From: Jimgerdemannia flammicorona | Lineage: Eukaryota | Assembly: GCA_003990765.1 (NCBI GenBank) | Contig: RBNJ01000219.1 | Span: 1 to 36,439 of the forward strand | Reading direction: 5' to 3' | Length of the DNA stretch: 36,439 nucleotides | Shown: positions 1 through 13,991 of the stretch, piece after piece | How the letters are laid out: each line of letters opens with the position of its first letter | Numbering within the stretch: the first letter of the stretch is position 1 | Made by a program: the position numbers and the translations under genes | The notes under the pieces: model-generated | What the model saw: only the letters and a program-made list of their open reading frames with translations | The model's database searches: none | Told to the model about the DNA's origin: nothing

Positions 1-954
1 AAAAAAAAAAAAAAAATCGTTATACGAGGCGGCCACTTTAGAAATGCCCTAAAAATCAGGCGGAAAGTAACTTTTTAAATGTGGCCGTCTGGGATCACCC
101 AAAGGCTGGTATTGGGGTGTCTTTGTAATACCTGCCTGCGAAACAGAAGGCATGTTTTTGATTGATGAACTAAGGTAGACATCTCATCTTATAATAGCAT
201 CTCGGAAATTGCGATGAAGAAAACATTGTTGCATTAAATGGGCCTTCATTCGTGTGTCGATCTGATGCCGATGGTACTCATATTCGCGGGAAATGTCGAG
301 GGCGGATCATATCACTTAGAGTTTTCGTTTGCCATGTTGACACTGCTGCGGCAACACATCCGTATCAGATATCTTGGCCAAGGCACCGGATATTAGTGCT
401 AACTTCACGTGCGTGCGTTAGAAAGATGGTAACCATTACGCGTACGTTGGTTTGACACAAACGACATCTCTTGGCCCGAAGTTACCCTGTTTTCGGATCG
501 GGCCTGTTCCGAGCCTTCAAGCACGTCAGTTCCTGCCATTCGAGCTTATGAAACATTAGTGGAGGATAGTCACCGACAGACTTGCACAAGTCCTATCCAC
601 ACAAGCAGAAGCTGGGCGCAGATTTCGCGGGCGCCTTTCGATTGCCATAAGCTCTATGTGAACAGCATAGGATGAACGTAGACACACCACATACCGTTAT
701 CGGTTCGGGGTTCGGGTCACTCGTTCCGGGTACTCCAATCGACCGGCGCTGATGCTTTTTTACGTATGGCGTCTGAAGGAGTGACACCCACGGCGAGGCG
801 CAGATGTGATTATGTATAAGGGAACCGCGCCACGCTGACCGCGGGGTTGTGTGACGGCGCGAGTGTTGACAAAAAAAGAAAACTAAAAAGACTTGACAAT
901 GGTTTACGACGCCGCACAGCCTAACCCACCCCAACACAACCCCGAACACACACA

Positions 955-3344
<2,390 letters not shown>

Positions 3345-4946
3345 GGCGTGGAAATGGATGGGGTGGAAACATGGTCTTGTCGCGTTGAACGCGGAAATTG
3401 GGGTCGGGTCGGCAATAAGCAAGTCGTTTATTTTCCTTTTTTTTTTTCTCTTTTTCCGACGGTGTGACGTTGTTGCACCCCCTCAACCGCCGCTGGTCGA
3501 TGATTTTGTGAGTTTGGTCAGTTATCTCCTTTCCAAAATCGTTTCCCGTTTAACCGAATCCGTCTGTGGCTGGTTGTTGGTCCACATTTTTCCTTCAAGT
3601 AGCAGTGTTTTATTTTGGTCTTCGTGTCCCTGTTGGGTGTTTTTATATTTTTTACTCATATCTTGATGACTTATTGGGGGTATCAACATCGTAAAAAGCG
3701 TGTTGATGGTTGTCTTGTGATGCTTTGGCGTGGGAGAGAAGGCATTTAGTAATAGTAGGCACATTGCGAACTGAATGACACTCGTGGTGAGATGACACAT
3801 TGACCTCTATGGTTGTGGTTTAAGACTATCAGATCCTTGTTGCACGATGCAGGATAAATCAAAATGTTTGAGCGTGACAGTCTCCGGCGTTCGGTGGGTA
3901 GGGCGCAAGTCCACCTTGGTTCGTGAGAAGGTGGGTTAGCCGGAGAATTCACGTGCTGATACATGTGCGTGATCGTTACGAACCAGTATGGCATCTATTT
4001 CCATCATGACGTTGATCTCATCTCATCTGTTATTTTTACTCTTTTTTTTTCTTTCTTTTTTTATCTATCTCGACGGTCTGTCCGGGAACAGCGAAACATC
4101 GTGGCGTCCGACACCCGCCTTGCGATGAATTATTAAATCCCCGCTTATTACTCCTTCTGGATCCAAGCCATTTGCGCCGCGCGCACGGTGTATCAGTTCG
4201 CGACATGGTATTCGGATCGTGGTTTATAAATATGTTTCTAGTGAGAGAAATTGGATTCTGCGGTCATGTGATCTGGGTTGGTAAGGGCGCATGGGGGTAG
4301 GGGTTTGTGGGATGGGAAGCGGGCGGTGCGAGAATTTTTTTTTTTTGACAGAACGAGCAAAACGCCGTTCGAAGGAATCTTGACCCGGGCCCGGTAGAAA
4401 GATCGGTATATTTAAATCCGGTTTCTGCGGTGGGTAAGGTTCAAGGAAGTTTAGCTAGATGTTGATTGGACGAACAGGTGGACATGTGTGAGAAAATAGA
4501 TGCGTGATTGCGGTTGTGAGGTTTGATACTAACAAGGTTTCGTCATGGCGGGATGGTTTTAGGCAACAAGGATGCAAAAATCCTATGATTCATTCGTTTC
4601 GGGCATATTGGATGCCATAAACTGACTAGCCAAAAAAACAAAACTCGCAGTCCGTATTTCCGCGGTGCGGCATGCATGGGGCTTTCCGGATGTCGAAAAC
4701 CTTTACACGGAAACATGAGGGCCGGGGCTGCTCATTTTGGGCGGACCCAAGAATAGACGGAATAGAAAAGGGAGCCAATCGGAGACCAACTTTTTCTGAA
4801 AAGGAGATCGTACAAATGCAGTCAATCTTCAAAAAGACCTTCATCTTGCTCCCTTCTCTTCAAACCTTTCTTTGTTTCATCATCTCTTTCTTTTGATATA
4901 TATATCTGATATCCCTTCCCCCCTACATTCATACCATATTCAAACC

Positions 4947-6726
4947 ATGAGGTCTCTCTCCCTGACTATCGCCGCCGCCACCACCATCCTTCTGGCCACC
5001 CTTTCTACCGTCCATGCCCAGGACGGTACTCCGACGGGAATCACCAACACCGCCCCGAGCACATATTCCTGCGACCCTAAGGTCTGCCTTCCCCCGGCAT
5101 GCATGTGCGCCTCGCTCAAGCCTCCCGGCGGTTTGGACCCCAAGACCGTCCCGCAGTTCGTTACGATTACCTGCGATGACTCCATCCAAGCTGATTTGTT
5201 CGTTACCGCCCAAAAGTTACTTGCTGCTGCAAAGTAAGTATTTGATTGCGTGTGTGTGTGTGGGAAGGATAGTGGTGTATGTCGTCCCAGTTATCAATGG
5301 AGTAAACCAACCGACCCCTTCCATTTCTAGGAATCCCAACGGCTGCCCCGCCAGGGGTACCTTTTTCGTCTCTATCCAGTATACCAACTTTGCGCTTGTG
5401 GACCAGTGGTATGCCGCTGGCAACGAGGTCGCTGATCACACCTGGACTCACGTTGGCACGCCACCGGCTGGTACGTTCTTTGATCTGCTCTTATCAAATG
5501 TGTTGAATTCTTTTCATACTCTCTAAATCATTAACCAAATCGAACCTTCCTAACCTCCAGCCGAAATCTCTGCCTGCAAGGAGGCCCTGAATGCCTACGG
5601 TGGTATTCCTCGCGGCAAGATCCAGGGTTTCCGTGCGCCCTTCCTCAACTATACACTGGGCACGCTTCAGGAGATCGCGCAGCAGGGCTTCATCTACGAT
5701 TCGTCGGCCACTGCCGTCATCGATGACGCCAACTGGCCCTACACCCTCGACAACGGTTTGGCCAATGACTGCTGGTCTCCCGGATTGTGTACTGCTGGCG
5801 CGCTCAAGCTTCCCGGCGTCTGGGAGATTCCCATGCACTCCGTCGTCGACGACACCCAGATCCCCCAGCTCATGGACGTCTATCTCGCCGGCACAAGCGC
5901 AAACGTTACCAGCTGGTATAACACCAACTGGCAGAGGCATTACAATGGCAATAGGGCACCGTTCGGGATTTACGTTCACCCTAGTAAGTGTTTGGATGTT
6001 CTACTACCTCGGGATGACCGGAAAAGGTGAAAGATCCCACCTACCCCTTCGCTAACCCCATCCACTCCCTCTCCAGCTCACATGACCAATTACGTCGGCC
6101 TCCCCGATGCCTCCGGCTACCTCAATACCATGACCTCGATCATCGCCACCCTGGCTAGCAACCCCGACGTCTGGTTCGTCACCAATCAGCAACTTCTCGC
6201 CTGGATGAAGAATCCAGTTCCGGCCTCGCAACTGGCCTCGCAGTCCTACATGCAGTGCAACCAGCCCGTGATCGCCAAGGAGATCTGCAATGGCCTCGAC
6301 GACACCAAGCAGGGAGTGATTGACAAGAACCTGACCAATCAGTGCACGTTCAATACCTCAGATTTCCAGACTTGCTTCAACTGCCCTGCCACAGAACCCA
6401 CCGCCGCCAACCCCGTCCCTGCCTCCAATGTCGCCGTCGGCTCTCCCAATTACCGCTATCCACTTCCGGACACATGCGACTCCATCTGGTGGGATCCCAT
6501 TGGTGACAACTGCCTGTGCAACTCCTCCACCTGCGCCTATAAGGACGTGAGCCAACCCATCACTAAGAATGGCACCACCAACGGTACCACCAACGGCACC
6601 ACCAACGGCAACGGCAATAGCACCAGCAACTCCAACGGAAAGGCCAGTGGCGCCTCGCAGATCGTGAATACCGTTGGTATGACCATCGCAGCGGTGTTGG
6701 GCGCGTTGGCTATCGTGTCGCTGTAA
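4947..6726 (+). CDS. Secreted, probably GPI-anchored CE4 polysaccharide/chitin deacetylase-like protein, 4 exons
   Basis: Exons 4947-5233, 5331-5470, 5561-5983 and 6077-6726. Signal peptide MRSLSLTIAAATTILLATLSTVHA. Motifs QFVTITCDD, NPNGCP..TFFVS, DHTWTH, GFRAPFL, GNRAPFGIYVH and DVWFVT. Cys-rich domain, (TNGT)n linker and hydrophobic C-terminus. Confidence 0.88.
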
Positions 6727-7619
6727 ATTCTTGGGGTCTTCAAAAGAACATTGTTTGTCTTGTTCATTTATCATAATAGTTCATTATGTTCGTAACCCAG
6801 ATAGATGGTACATATACCATAATCGTTCGAATTTCCTTTTATCTTTGCTACGGCTCTTTTGCATAAATACACTCGAAAACAAAGCGAAAATCGTGTTTAT
6901 CGAATGTCTGGTCTGGCAGCGTCTTCATTTGGTTGGGAGTTTTTGCGTCCAATGCTAAACATCACCATGCAAGAATTTCCTCCCGATGATTGGTTTGTAT
7001 CCTTTGTTTGTTACATGTTACACAATTGAAATAGCCATAAACAAAACGAAGCATCCAGGTAATTCCAAGTATTTCAAACACTAAGAAGTACTCAAGAACC
7101 AGCCCTTTACCAAAAAGGATTGGGTCGTGTAAGCAGTTGGGTCGTGAAAAACTCAATACATATGCTCAGAGGATTTTCCTCCAAACCCCGACAGAGCCAG
7201 TTGACAGTGGCTAGTAATAGCTAAAGATCGAAGAGGAGATTAGGAGATTGCATTTACGTCTGTCTACACATTCCCCACTTTTTCGACAGATTACCTCCCG
7301 CCACCGATCCCATCCTCCATACGTCCCATTCCTTCGCGGCTGCACGACTTTCTTAACCAGGAGCAAGCTTTGAAGTGGAACTTAGGGTGTGCACTATGGA
7401 GAGTGCCATCTGCAACTACGTATATGCGATCACTGGTGGTCTGTTGGCATATTGTGATGCACCACAGAAACCCACGCTTGCCACTGTAAATCATCGGCTC
7501 TATTCACACATGACTTCGGGTTCGCAACATAAGAGCATAAGAGATATATAAAAAAAACTGTATAAGCAATGACAAATATATTCTGTTTATATAAATATTG
7601 TAATGCATATGGTTGCCCA

Positions 7620-7956
7620 TAGAGCTCCGCAAAAATCCCACCGGAGCTGAACCCGAGAGCTCCGTTTTGCAACCCGCGTCCAGAAAAACTCGCCAAGCTT
7701 TATTAAATTTGGAGATTATTAAATATAGATTGTACAGGTTGGGCCAGGTCTTTATTCTGGAAAAAGTATTATAATTTTTTAGAGAGACCAAATCTCTCTG
7801 ACCTATATTTAATAATTTCCTATTTATCTATGAGAACATGTTCAAATTTAATGAAACAGCATACACATTAAATATATATCAGCAAAAAACTGCGGAGAAA
7901 TCGGGACGCAGGTCCTAAAATTAAATAGCTCGGGTCGGCTTTTTTGCAGAGCTCTA
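7620..7956. mobile_element. hAT-type MITE, family A (337 bp)
   Basis: TIRs TAGAGCTCCGCAAAAA (7620) and TTTTTGCAGAGCTCTA (ends 7956). Flanking 8-bp TSD GTTGCCCA (7612-7619) / GTTGCCTA (7957-7964). Confidence 0.85.
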
Positions 7957-8073
7957 GTTGCCTACACTGTACATTTATACAATTACGTATATAATTCTTC
8001 TTTCTGCTTTCATTATTAGTCTATTAAAAAACTTAAAGACAGAGTATATTTATAGTGATGTTCATCTCTATAA

Positions 8074-8426
8074 TAGTACTCTTAATGAATTAATTTGAAT
8101 TAATTTGAATTTAATTTAATTAAACAATTTGATTCAGATTATAATATTTCTAATTATATCTAAGCTTTCTCAGCTATCTTTATATTTATTAACCTTAAGA
8201 CTTTACTGACTTTTATATCTCTTTAAATACTATTTAAGATATTATTAACTATATTTATAGTAATATATTTATAATAACTATTATAATAACTATGCTTTTG
8301 ATCTTAAAAATAGTTACATATAATAGTAAAAATAACCATTATCTAGTTATAATTAAAGACTCTTTGTAGTCGTTTTAAAAAAAAATTCTAATTATCTTTA
8401 TTCTTGTAACATCTTATTAAGTATTA
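8074..8426. mobile_element. Heavily C->T/G->A-mutated AT-rich relic of the family B hAT left end
   Basis: 8074-8139 aligns with the hAT end at 35405-35473, almost only through C->T/G->A changes. AAGTATTA at 8419-8426 could be a converted GAGCACTA right TIR, but no TSD is seen, so the right boundary is tentative. Confidence 0.55.
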
Positions 8427-9523
8427 ATTAGGAATGTGATGGTTGGAGCAAGTCATGGTTGGAATAAGTAATAGTTGAGGCAAACAATAGATAAGATAGA
8501 GGCAAGCAATTGTTGATTCTGCAAACAATGTGTCCATGCATCCGCAGGAGTACCAGTTGGACTATGACGACTTTAAGGTAGCGGTGGCCAATACCGTCTC
8601 CGCACACACGTCCCTCGGCTGACATGCCACACAATTCACATAAATAACTCTATCTCCCAAATGCGTTTCATCCGCTTGTACTCCTTATCATTTAAAGCAA
8701 TTGGGAAACTTGGAATTGGTCATTGTTAGTCAGATGCTTGGAATGCTCGAATATCAGAGGTGGCGTATGCATTGAGGCGTCAGGGATTGAAATGATGACG
8801 AATTGTTGTACCATTCCATCGTGGTGGTTGTAGTTAGCATATTTGGAAGAGTAGTGGGTAGAGTAACTATCTTATGGTAGATCTACGAGCAAGAAAGGAA
8901 TCAAACGATTCCACTTTTCATTATATCGGGACAGCCGCCTGCGCGGGATGTAACCCATTTTGGCTCAACCCTTCAAAAATCCGCTTCGACCTCGTCAAGA
9001 ACACCCCCTGAACGCGCTCAGTTTCTTCGCAAGTGGGGACGACCGGTTACTGCGCACTAGATCACGCTGGAGACACGGTCGAGCGACCCGGCGACGCAGC
9101 GCGCCTAAGCTCGGGTCCGAAGCTGCGCGCGCGCGGAATATACGCGGTTGACCTAAGACAGAACAACGCCACTGCGAGGCTTGGGTTCCTAGCTTAAAGA
9201 ATGTATGTTAACTGCGGAGTCCGCTGTGGACCCGAACAACGTTCCACTCCATAATTCTCTCCCAGTCCGAAGCATCGCCAGCCCGCTACGGTAAATGTTT
9301 TCCGACGGTAATACTTGTTGTGGTATGGGCTAGCCTGGTACGGTGGAAATAAGCGACGGTAATACTTGGTTGCCCTTATTGGTGCCGACGATCTACAAAA
9401 AAAAACTGGGGCGCTAATTAGGAATTAGGGTCCGCAGGTCTTTCTCGCAGTCCATTGACGGTGCGCCACATGGCTATATCTCCCACCCGCCTTCCTCCCG
9501 CACACACAACACTAAACCCTACA

Positions 9524-11447
9524 ATGCCCGCAAACGCTGCTACAGTTCCCACAGAAATCATCGTTGCCATCACTTCATACCTATGGTTGACCGATAAAGT
9601 TCGCTTCGCAGCCGCCACAAAGTGGCTGGACCGCATAATCTATGACTCGAGCGAGTTGTGGCGCGATATCGACTTTGCGAGAGAGTTCAATGACAGGCCC
9701 AAGAAAAAGTCCGAGCTGGTCAACGAAAACATTAAGAGGTGAATGTCAACCGCAAATGAACTTTTTGTTCTTTTTGATTTTTGATTTTTTTTGTTTTTGT
9801 TCTTTTTTGTTTTTGTTCTTTTTTGTTTTGTTTATTTGCTTGTTCATTGACGGCCTTGGGACAAACGACCAAACCTCTCGACTTAACCACTCCCACGCCC
9901 ATTCCCATTCCCATACTCTACAGCCTCCTCGGGAGCCTCTCCTCGAACCCCAAAGTTCTTTCCAACGTTCGCCTCATCGATCTTTCCCGCTCAAACAACA
10001 TTGATGCGTCCATCGTCGACCTTATCCTCCCCGCCTGCCACAACCTCCAAATTCTGTCTCTCAAGGACTGCCCCTTGGTAGAGGTAGCCACCCTGGCGCA
10101 CCACCTCGAAACCCTCGCCCTCCGCCAGGACCTAGTTCTTCCGTGCCTAACCAAACTCCAACTCCAAAATGACGGTCGTACTTCCTCCTCGGTCGTTGCC
10201 GCCGACGCCACGAGCCTTGCAACTGTCCGCCGCTGCCTCGAACTTCTCAGGCTACCCAACCGCCCGTCTCTTTTCGAGGAGCCGGAGGCCACCGACGCCG
10301 AGGTCCATGACCCAGCCTCGTCGTTCTACACCGAGGACCCTTCGTCGCCGTGCGACCTATCCGTATGCCCAAAGTGTAGGAACTACTACTCTGCCTACAC
10401 GACCCGGTGCTCGTCGTGCAAGGAGTATGCCGAGCCCGACAAGAAACAGCTGTGCCTTGTGTGCCAGAGCTTCTGTGATGGATGTCAGACGCAATATTGT
10501 GGGAATTGCATACGCGATCATTGCCAGTCTGTCAAGTGCTGGTGTAGGCTAAAGGATTTTGCGATCATGTGCTATTGCGAATCTTGCAAACCGACGCACA
10601 GCTGCGTCAAGTGTGAGGATATGTGGTGCGAAGGTATATATATATATATATTAATGAAGGCGGGAGGAGAGTGAGGCCCTTGGTTTTTTATGGCTACGGT
10701 GTGAGCATGCTATTTTGGTTTTATCTGGTGATGGTTATTATTTATTTATTATTATTATTATTATTTTTAAAAAGGGGGGACTTTCCAGAGTGAAAGGGGC
10801 TTCACACTACAATAACGGATATATACGCCCCTACGATCTACCTCAAACAGACTCTCACACATACAACCTCTTTAATTACCCCAGAACACCTCCTCCGCTG
10901 TACGACCTGCAATCAGACGGCCATCTGTCACTCGCCTGCGGACGGACGCGACTTCGGCTTCGGATGCGATCCTAGCGGGGCGATGATCCTGTGCGTGACG
11001 AAGGGGTGTCGGGAGGCGCTGTGTTTGGCGACGTGCGCGCGTGACGCGGAGGGCCCGACGGAACACGGGGCTGGCCGCATGCACGGATGGCGGTTCTGCT
11101 CGACGTGCGGGATGGGCGTATGTGGCGTCGCTTGCGCCAGCGTTGCGTGGGATCACGAATGCCCGGTTGTCAAGCTCGGCAAGAGAATTGAGCTGGGGCT
11201 CGATTTCGGACTCGGGGAGCCCGGAGACGTGGTGTTCCAAGAGCCAGGATTTATTGGAAACGAGGGGCTGCAATTGGTGGAAGGGACAGCTGTGGAGGAG
11301 AGAGAGGAGGCGGAGGCTTCACGGGCCAGAACGCAGGCTTCTGAGGCGGAGGCAGGAACGGTGGCAGAGCCGGATGTAGAGGAGGGAGCTGGGATGGGAA
11401 TTGAAGGAGATAATGGAGGGGAAGAGAGCACTTCCGAGTTATCGTAG
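9524..11447 (+). CDS. F-box protein with LRR-like segment, long Cys-rich domain and acidic tail, 3 exons
   Basis: Exons 9524-9738 (alternative ATG at 9470), 9924-10633 and 10885-11447 are in frame. F-box VPTEIIVAITSYL..DKVRFAAATKWL...LWRDIDF. LRR-like CHNLQILSLKDCPLV. Many CxxC pairs. Confidence 0.8.
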
Positions 11448-11594
11448 ACACTGCTGCTGCGGTATCCATTTACAATCGTTTCATAATTATTGTAGATAAA
11501 CGTGACTTGATGCCACGACTCCCATCGACGCAGGACAGTCATAAGCACTTATTTGCTCGGACCACCATCTGATGGGGGGAATTGGCATGGGGCG

Positions 11595-13418
11595 TTATTG
11601 TACAATTAATGGTGTATTTGTATATGACTTGAATGAACGCAGTATGCTCGTGATCGATATGTTGTCCAGGATACTCATAGCTATGAACAGTTCCAACAAG
11701 TGAACCCCTACTTCCTCTGTGAAATGCAACCACACCCCGTCCTTCGGCCTCAACGTCAGGTCGACCCAAGTTTTAATACTGTAGCCCTCTTTCAATTTGA
11801 TTTCGAATCTGCTCGTCATCATGGCGAGCACACACCGCAGCTCGAGCACCGCGAGGTTGCGGTCTAGGCAAGCATGCGCGCCCAGCGAGAAGGCTAGATC
11901 CGGATGCATCCGCGAGGAGCCAACCGCCTGCGCGGCGTTGATGTCCATGAAACTGGACTCGTCGGGCGTTGCCGTACCAAATAGTCCCTGGAATGAATTC
12001 ATTTTGGGCATGATCGCTGAAAAAATCGCATACCTGAAAATCGCCACATCATACATATACAAACCAGCCGGGAACCTCACTCCGCATAACTCCATATCCA
12101 CCTTCGAGTCTGCCGAGACCATGACTCTAGATGGATATTTCCGGAGCGTCTCATGGATGCAATTCGACGCATAGCTGAGGTTCGCAAGCTTGACATCAGC
12201 CATGTCAGAGAACAGCTTCTCGCCAAAGACCTCGCGGACCTCCTTTACGATCTCGGCCTAGCATTCGGGTTGCTGAGCGAATTCAGCCATAGCAAAGGCA
12301 GCTGTGTGCAAGGTCGTGTCATGGCCCTGCACAGGTGAAGACAAGGCAAATACTCAAACGGAAATGGGTCCATTAATTATCAGTAATAAATAAAAAGAGA
12401 AAGAATAAGGTGCAACATTATTGATCAAGTTACTGCAACGCCTACATCCGACGTGTCAAGCTCATCACCATGCTGGCCAAAAATGTAATGACACATCACA
12501 TCAGTCATCAAATGATCGAGTTCAATGCAGTGCTCCCAAACGAATCGAATCAATTCGAATCGAATCGAATTGGGGTTGATTCAAATCGAATCGAGAGTCA
12601 AACTTTGAAATATAATAACTCAACCAAACTACGTCCATCTTTATTGTGCTGTATTCACCTAGACAAGGCGAATCTAACAAGCTAAAATCATGAGTTATTG
12701 AAATTTGAAAATTTAGGTTCGAATTGAAACTCGAATCAAATTGGGGTCGATTCGATTCGATCCGAGCACTAGTTCAATGACTTGACCGTTTGCAGCTGCG
12801 ATGGCGCCGCTTAGTTGGTTGATATGGCGCACAACAAATGGGAGAAGAGATGTGGCGTCGCCATTTCCAGGACTGAAGAGAGATGGATTAAATTCAACTA
12901 ATTAGTTAGGCTTCCAATAATTGGATTGACAAATAGGATGTAAAAAAAAATAGAGAAATGATTTCTTACATCTTCGACGGTATTCCCTATATGGTCACCA
13001 CCAAACACTGTCTGACTGACTTCATTTATTATTGAACCCCTCTCAAACTTATTCTGCCCATTGCATGAAGCCATCCCCTTTCTCATTACCTCCTTGATCG
13101 TGTCATAGTCGTTCACCAGCACGACCTGGGGCCCAATCACACAGATAGGCTTGTATTCAGGGTTTCGATACATCTTGATCAAAAAGTGTAGGAATCCTCC
13201 TGCTGCCATTCTTTTGGAAGAATGTGAGCATTAAAGAAGATGCGGAAGCTTTCGATAAGGGAATAAGGACGGCGGAAGAATTGTCTTGGAGCTGGATGTG
13301 CGGTAACTGCGCGAGAATAAAATGCTGAGAGAACGAAAGTTATGGAGGTAGTAACCAACGTTGGATGTTGAGTCGCTGACGTCGATATTTGATCGGTGAA
13401 AGTTGAGGGAGGAGACAT
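11595..13418 (-). pseudogene. Cytochrome P450 pseudogene
   Basis: I-helix GHDTT (~12327), K-helix ETLR and heme motif FSLGAHACLD. Lesions: frameshift at ~13215, in-frame TAG at 12258-12260, MITE inserted in an exon (12528-12771), and central exons apparently missing. Confidence 0.85.
12528..12771. mobile_element. hAT-type MITE, family B (244 bp), inside a P450 exon
   Basis: Termini CAGTGCTC...GAGCACTA with (CGAAT)n subterminal repeats. Perfect 8-bp TSD GTTCAATG at 12520-12527 and 12772-12779. Confidence 0.9.
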
Positions 13419-13593
13419 CGTAGATTGTGTTTGGCGAAGCTTTGTCGCACCAGCCGATATGGGTATATATGTACAACGAAATCGGATCGGATTTGTGGCA
13501 ACGTGGATGCTCTACAGCCTCATCAACGGATATTTGTATCCAATGGACGAGCGAAAAGTTGCGAAAGATAGACGGAGAAAGGAAAGATGGTGG

Positions 13594-13627
<34 letters not shown>

Positions 13628-13760
13628 ATTCTTATTCTGTGCATGAGCCTTTGTACGTTTCTGCCGTGTTTTGTTGGTCGAATCCATACATGATTCAAGA
13701 GGGCAAAATAAATAAAATAGAAATAATTTTAAATGTTTGAACATAAATCAAACTAGAGCT

Positions 13761-13832
13761 GGGGGGTTGGCGCAATGGTAGCGCGTTCGCCTCCAGAGCG
13801 AAAGGCTGGGCGTTCGAGCCGCTCACTCCCCA
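13761..13832 (+). tRNA. trnW-CCA: tRNA-Trp(CCA), intronless
   Basis: Acceptor stem GGGGGGT/ACTCCCC+A. D arm GCGC-AATGGTA-GCGC. Anticodon arm TTCGC-CTCCAGA-GCGAA. T arm GGGCG-TTCGAGC-CGCTC. T-runs downstream. Confidence 0.93.
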
Positions 13833-13991
13833 TTTCATATATTTTTATTTTTGAATTTAACGCGCGCATTCCAGACATGGTTGATCCCTTGTTTGTGAAT
13901 CCATTTATATTGTTTCCGGTGAATAGTTTGGCAAGCTAATTTATGGCGGATCGCCATCTGGAGATGTCAAACAGAATAAACAGTATATACC

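Noticed and set aside
27..90. Short imperfect inverted repeat (GGCGGCCAC / GTGGCCGTC)
   Set aside because: Too short and at the window edge, with no TSD.
7070..7215. Similarity to 15685-15790 (AAAAGGATTGGG and CCAGTTG)
   Set aside because: Only scattered short matches that cannot be told from chance by eye.
7360..7486. Possible isolated exon remnants here and near 8548-8577
   Set aside because: Splice-like borders, but no recognisable protein similarity.
8950..9370. GC-rich stretch as a structured ncRNA (RNase P/MRP, SRP, telomerase RNA)
   Set aside because: No conserved signature motifs found. It is more simply the CpG-rich promoter of the F-box gene, with a CGACGGTAATACTTG direct repeat.
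13231..13744. ORFs with poly-Phe or poly-Lys runs (also near 24660, 27270 and 29620)
   Set aside because: Artefacts of homopolymer tracts in non-coding DNA.
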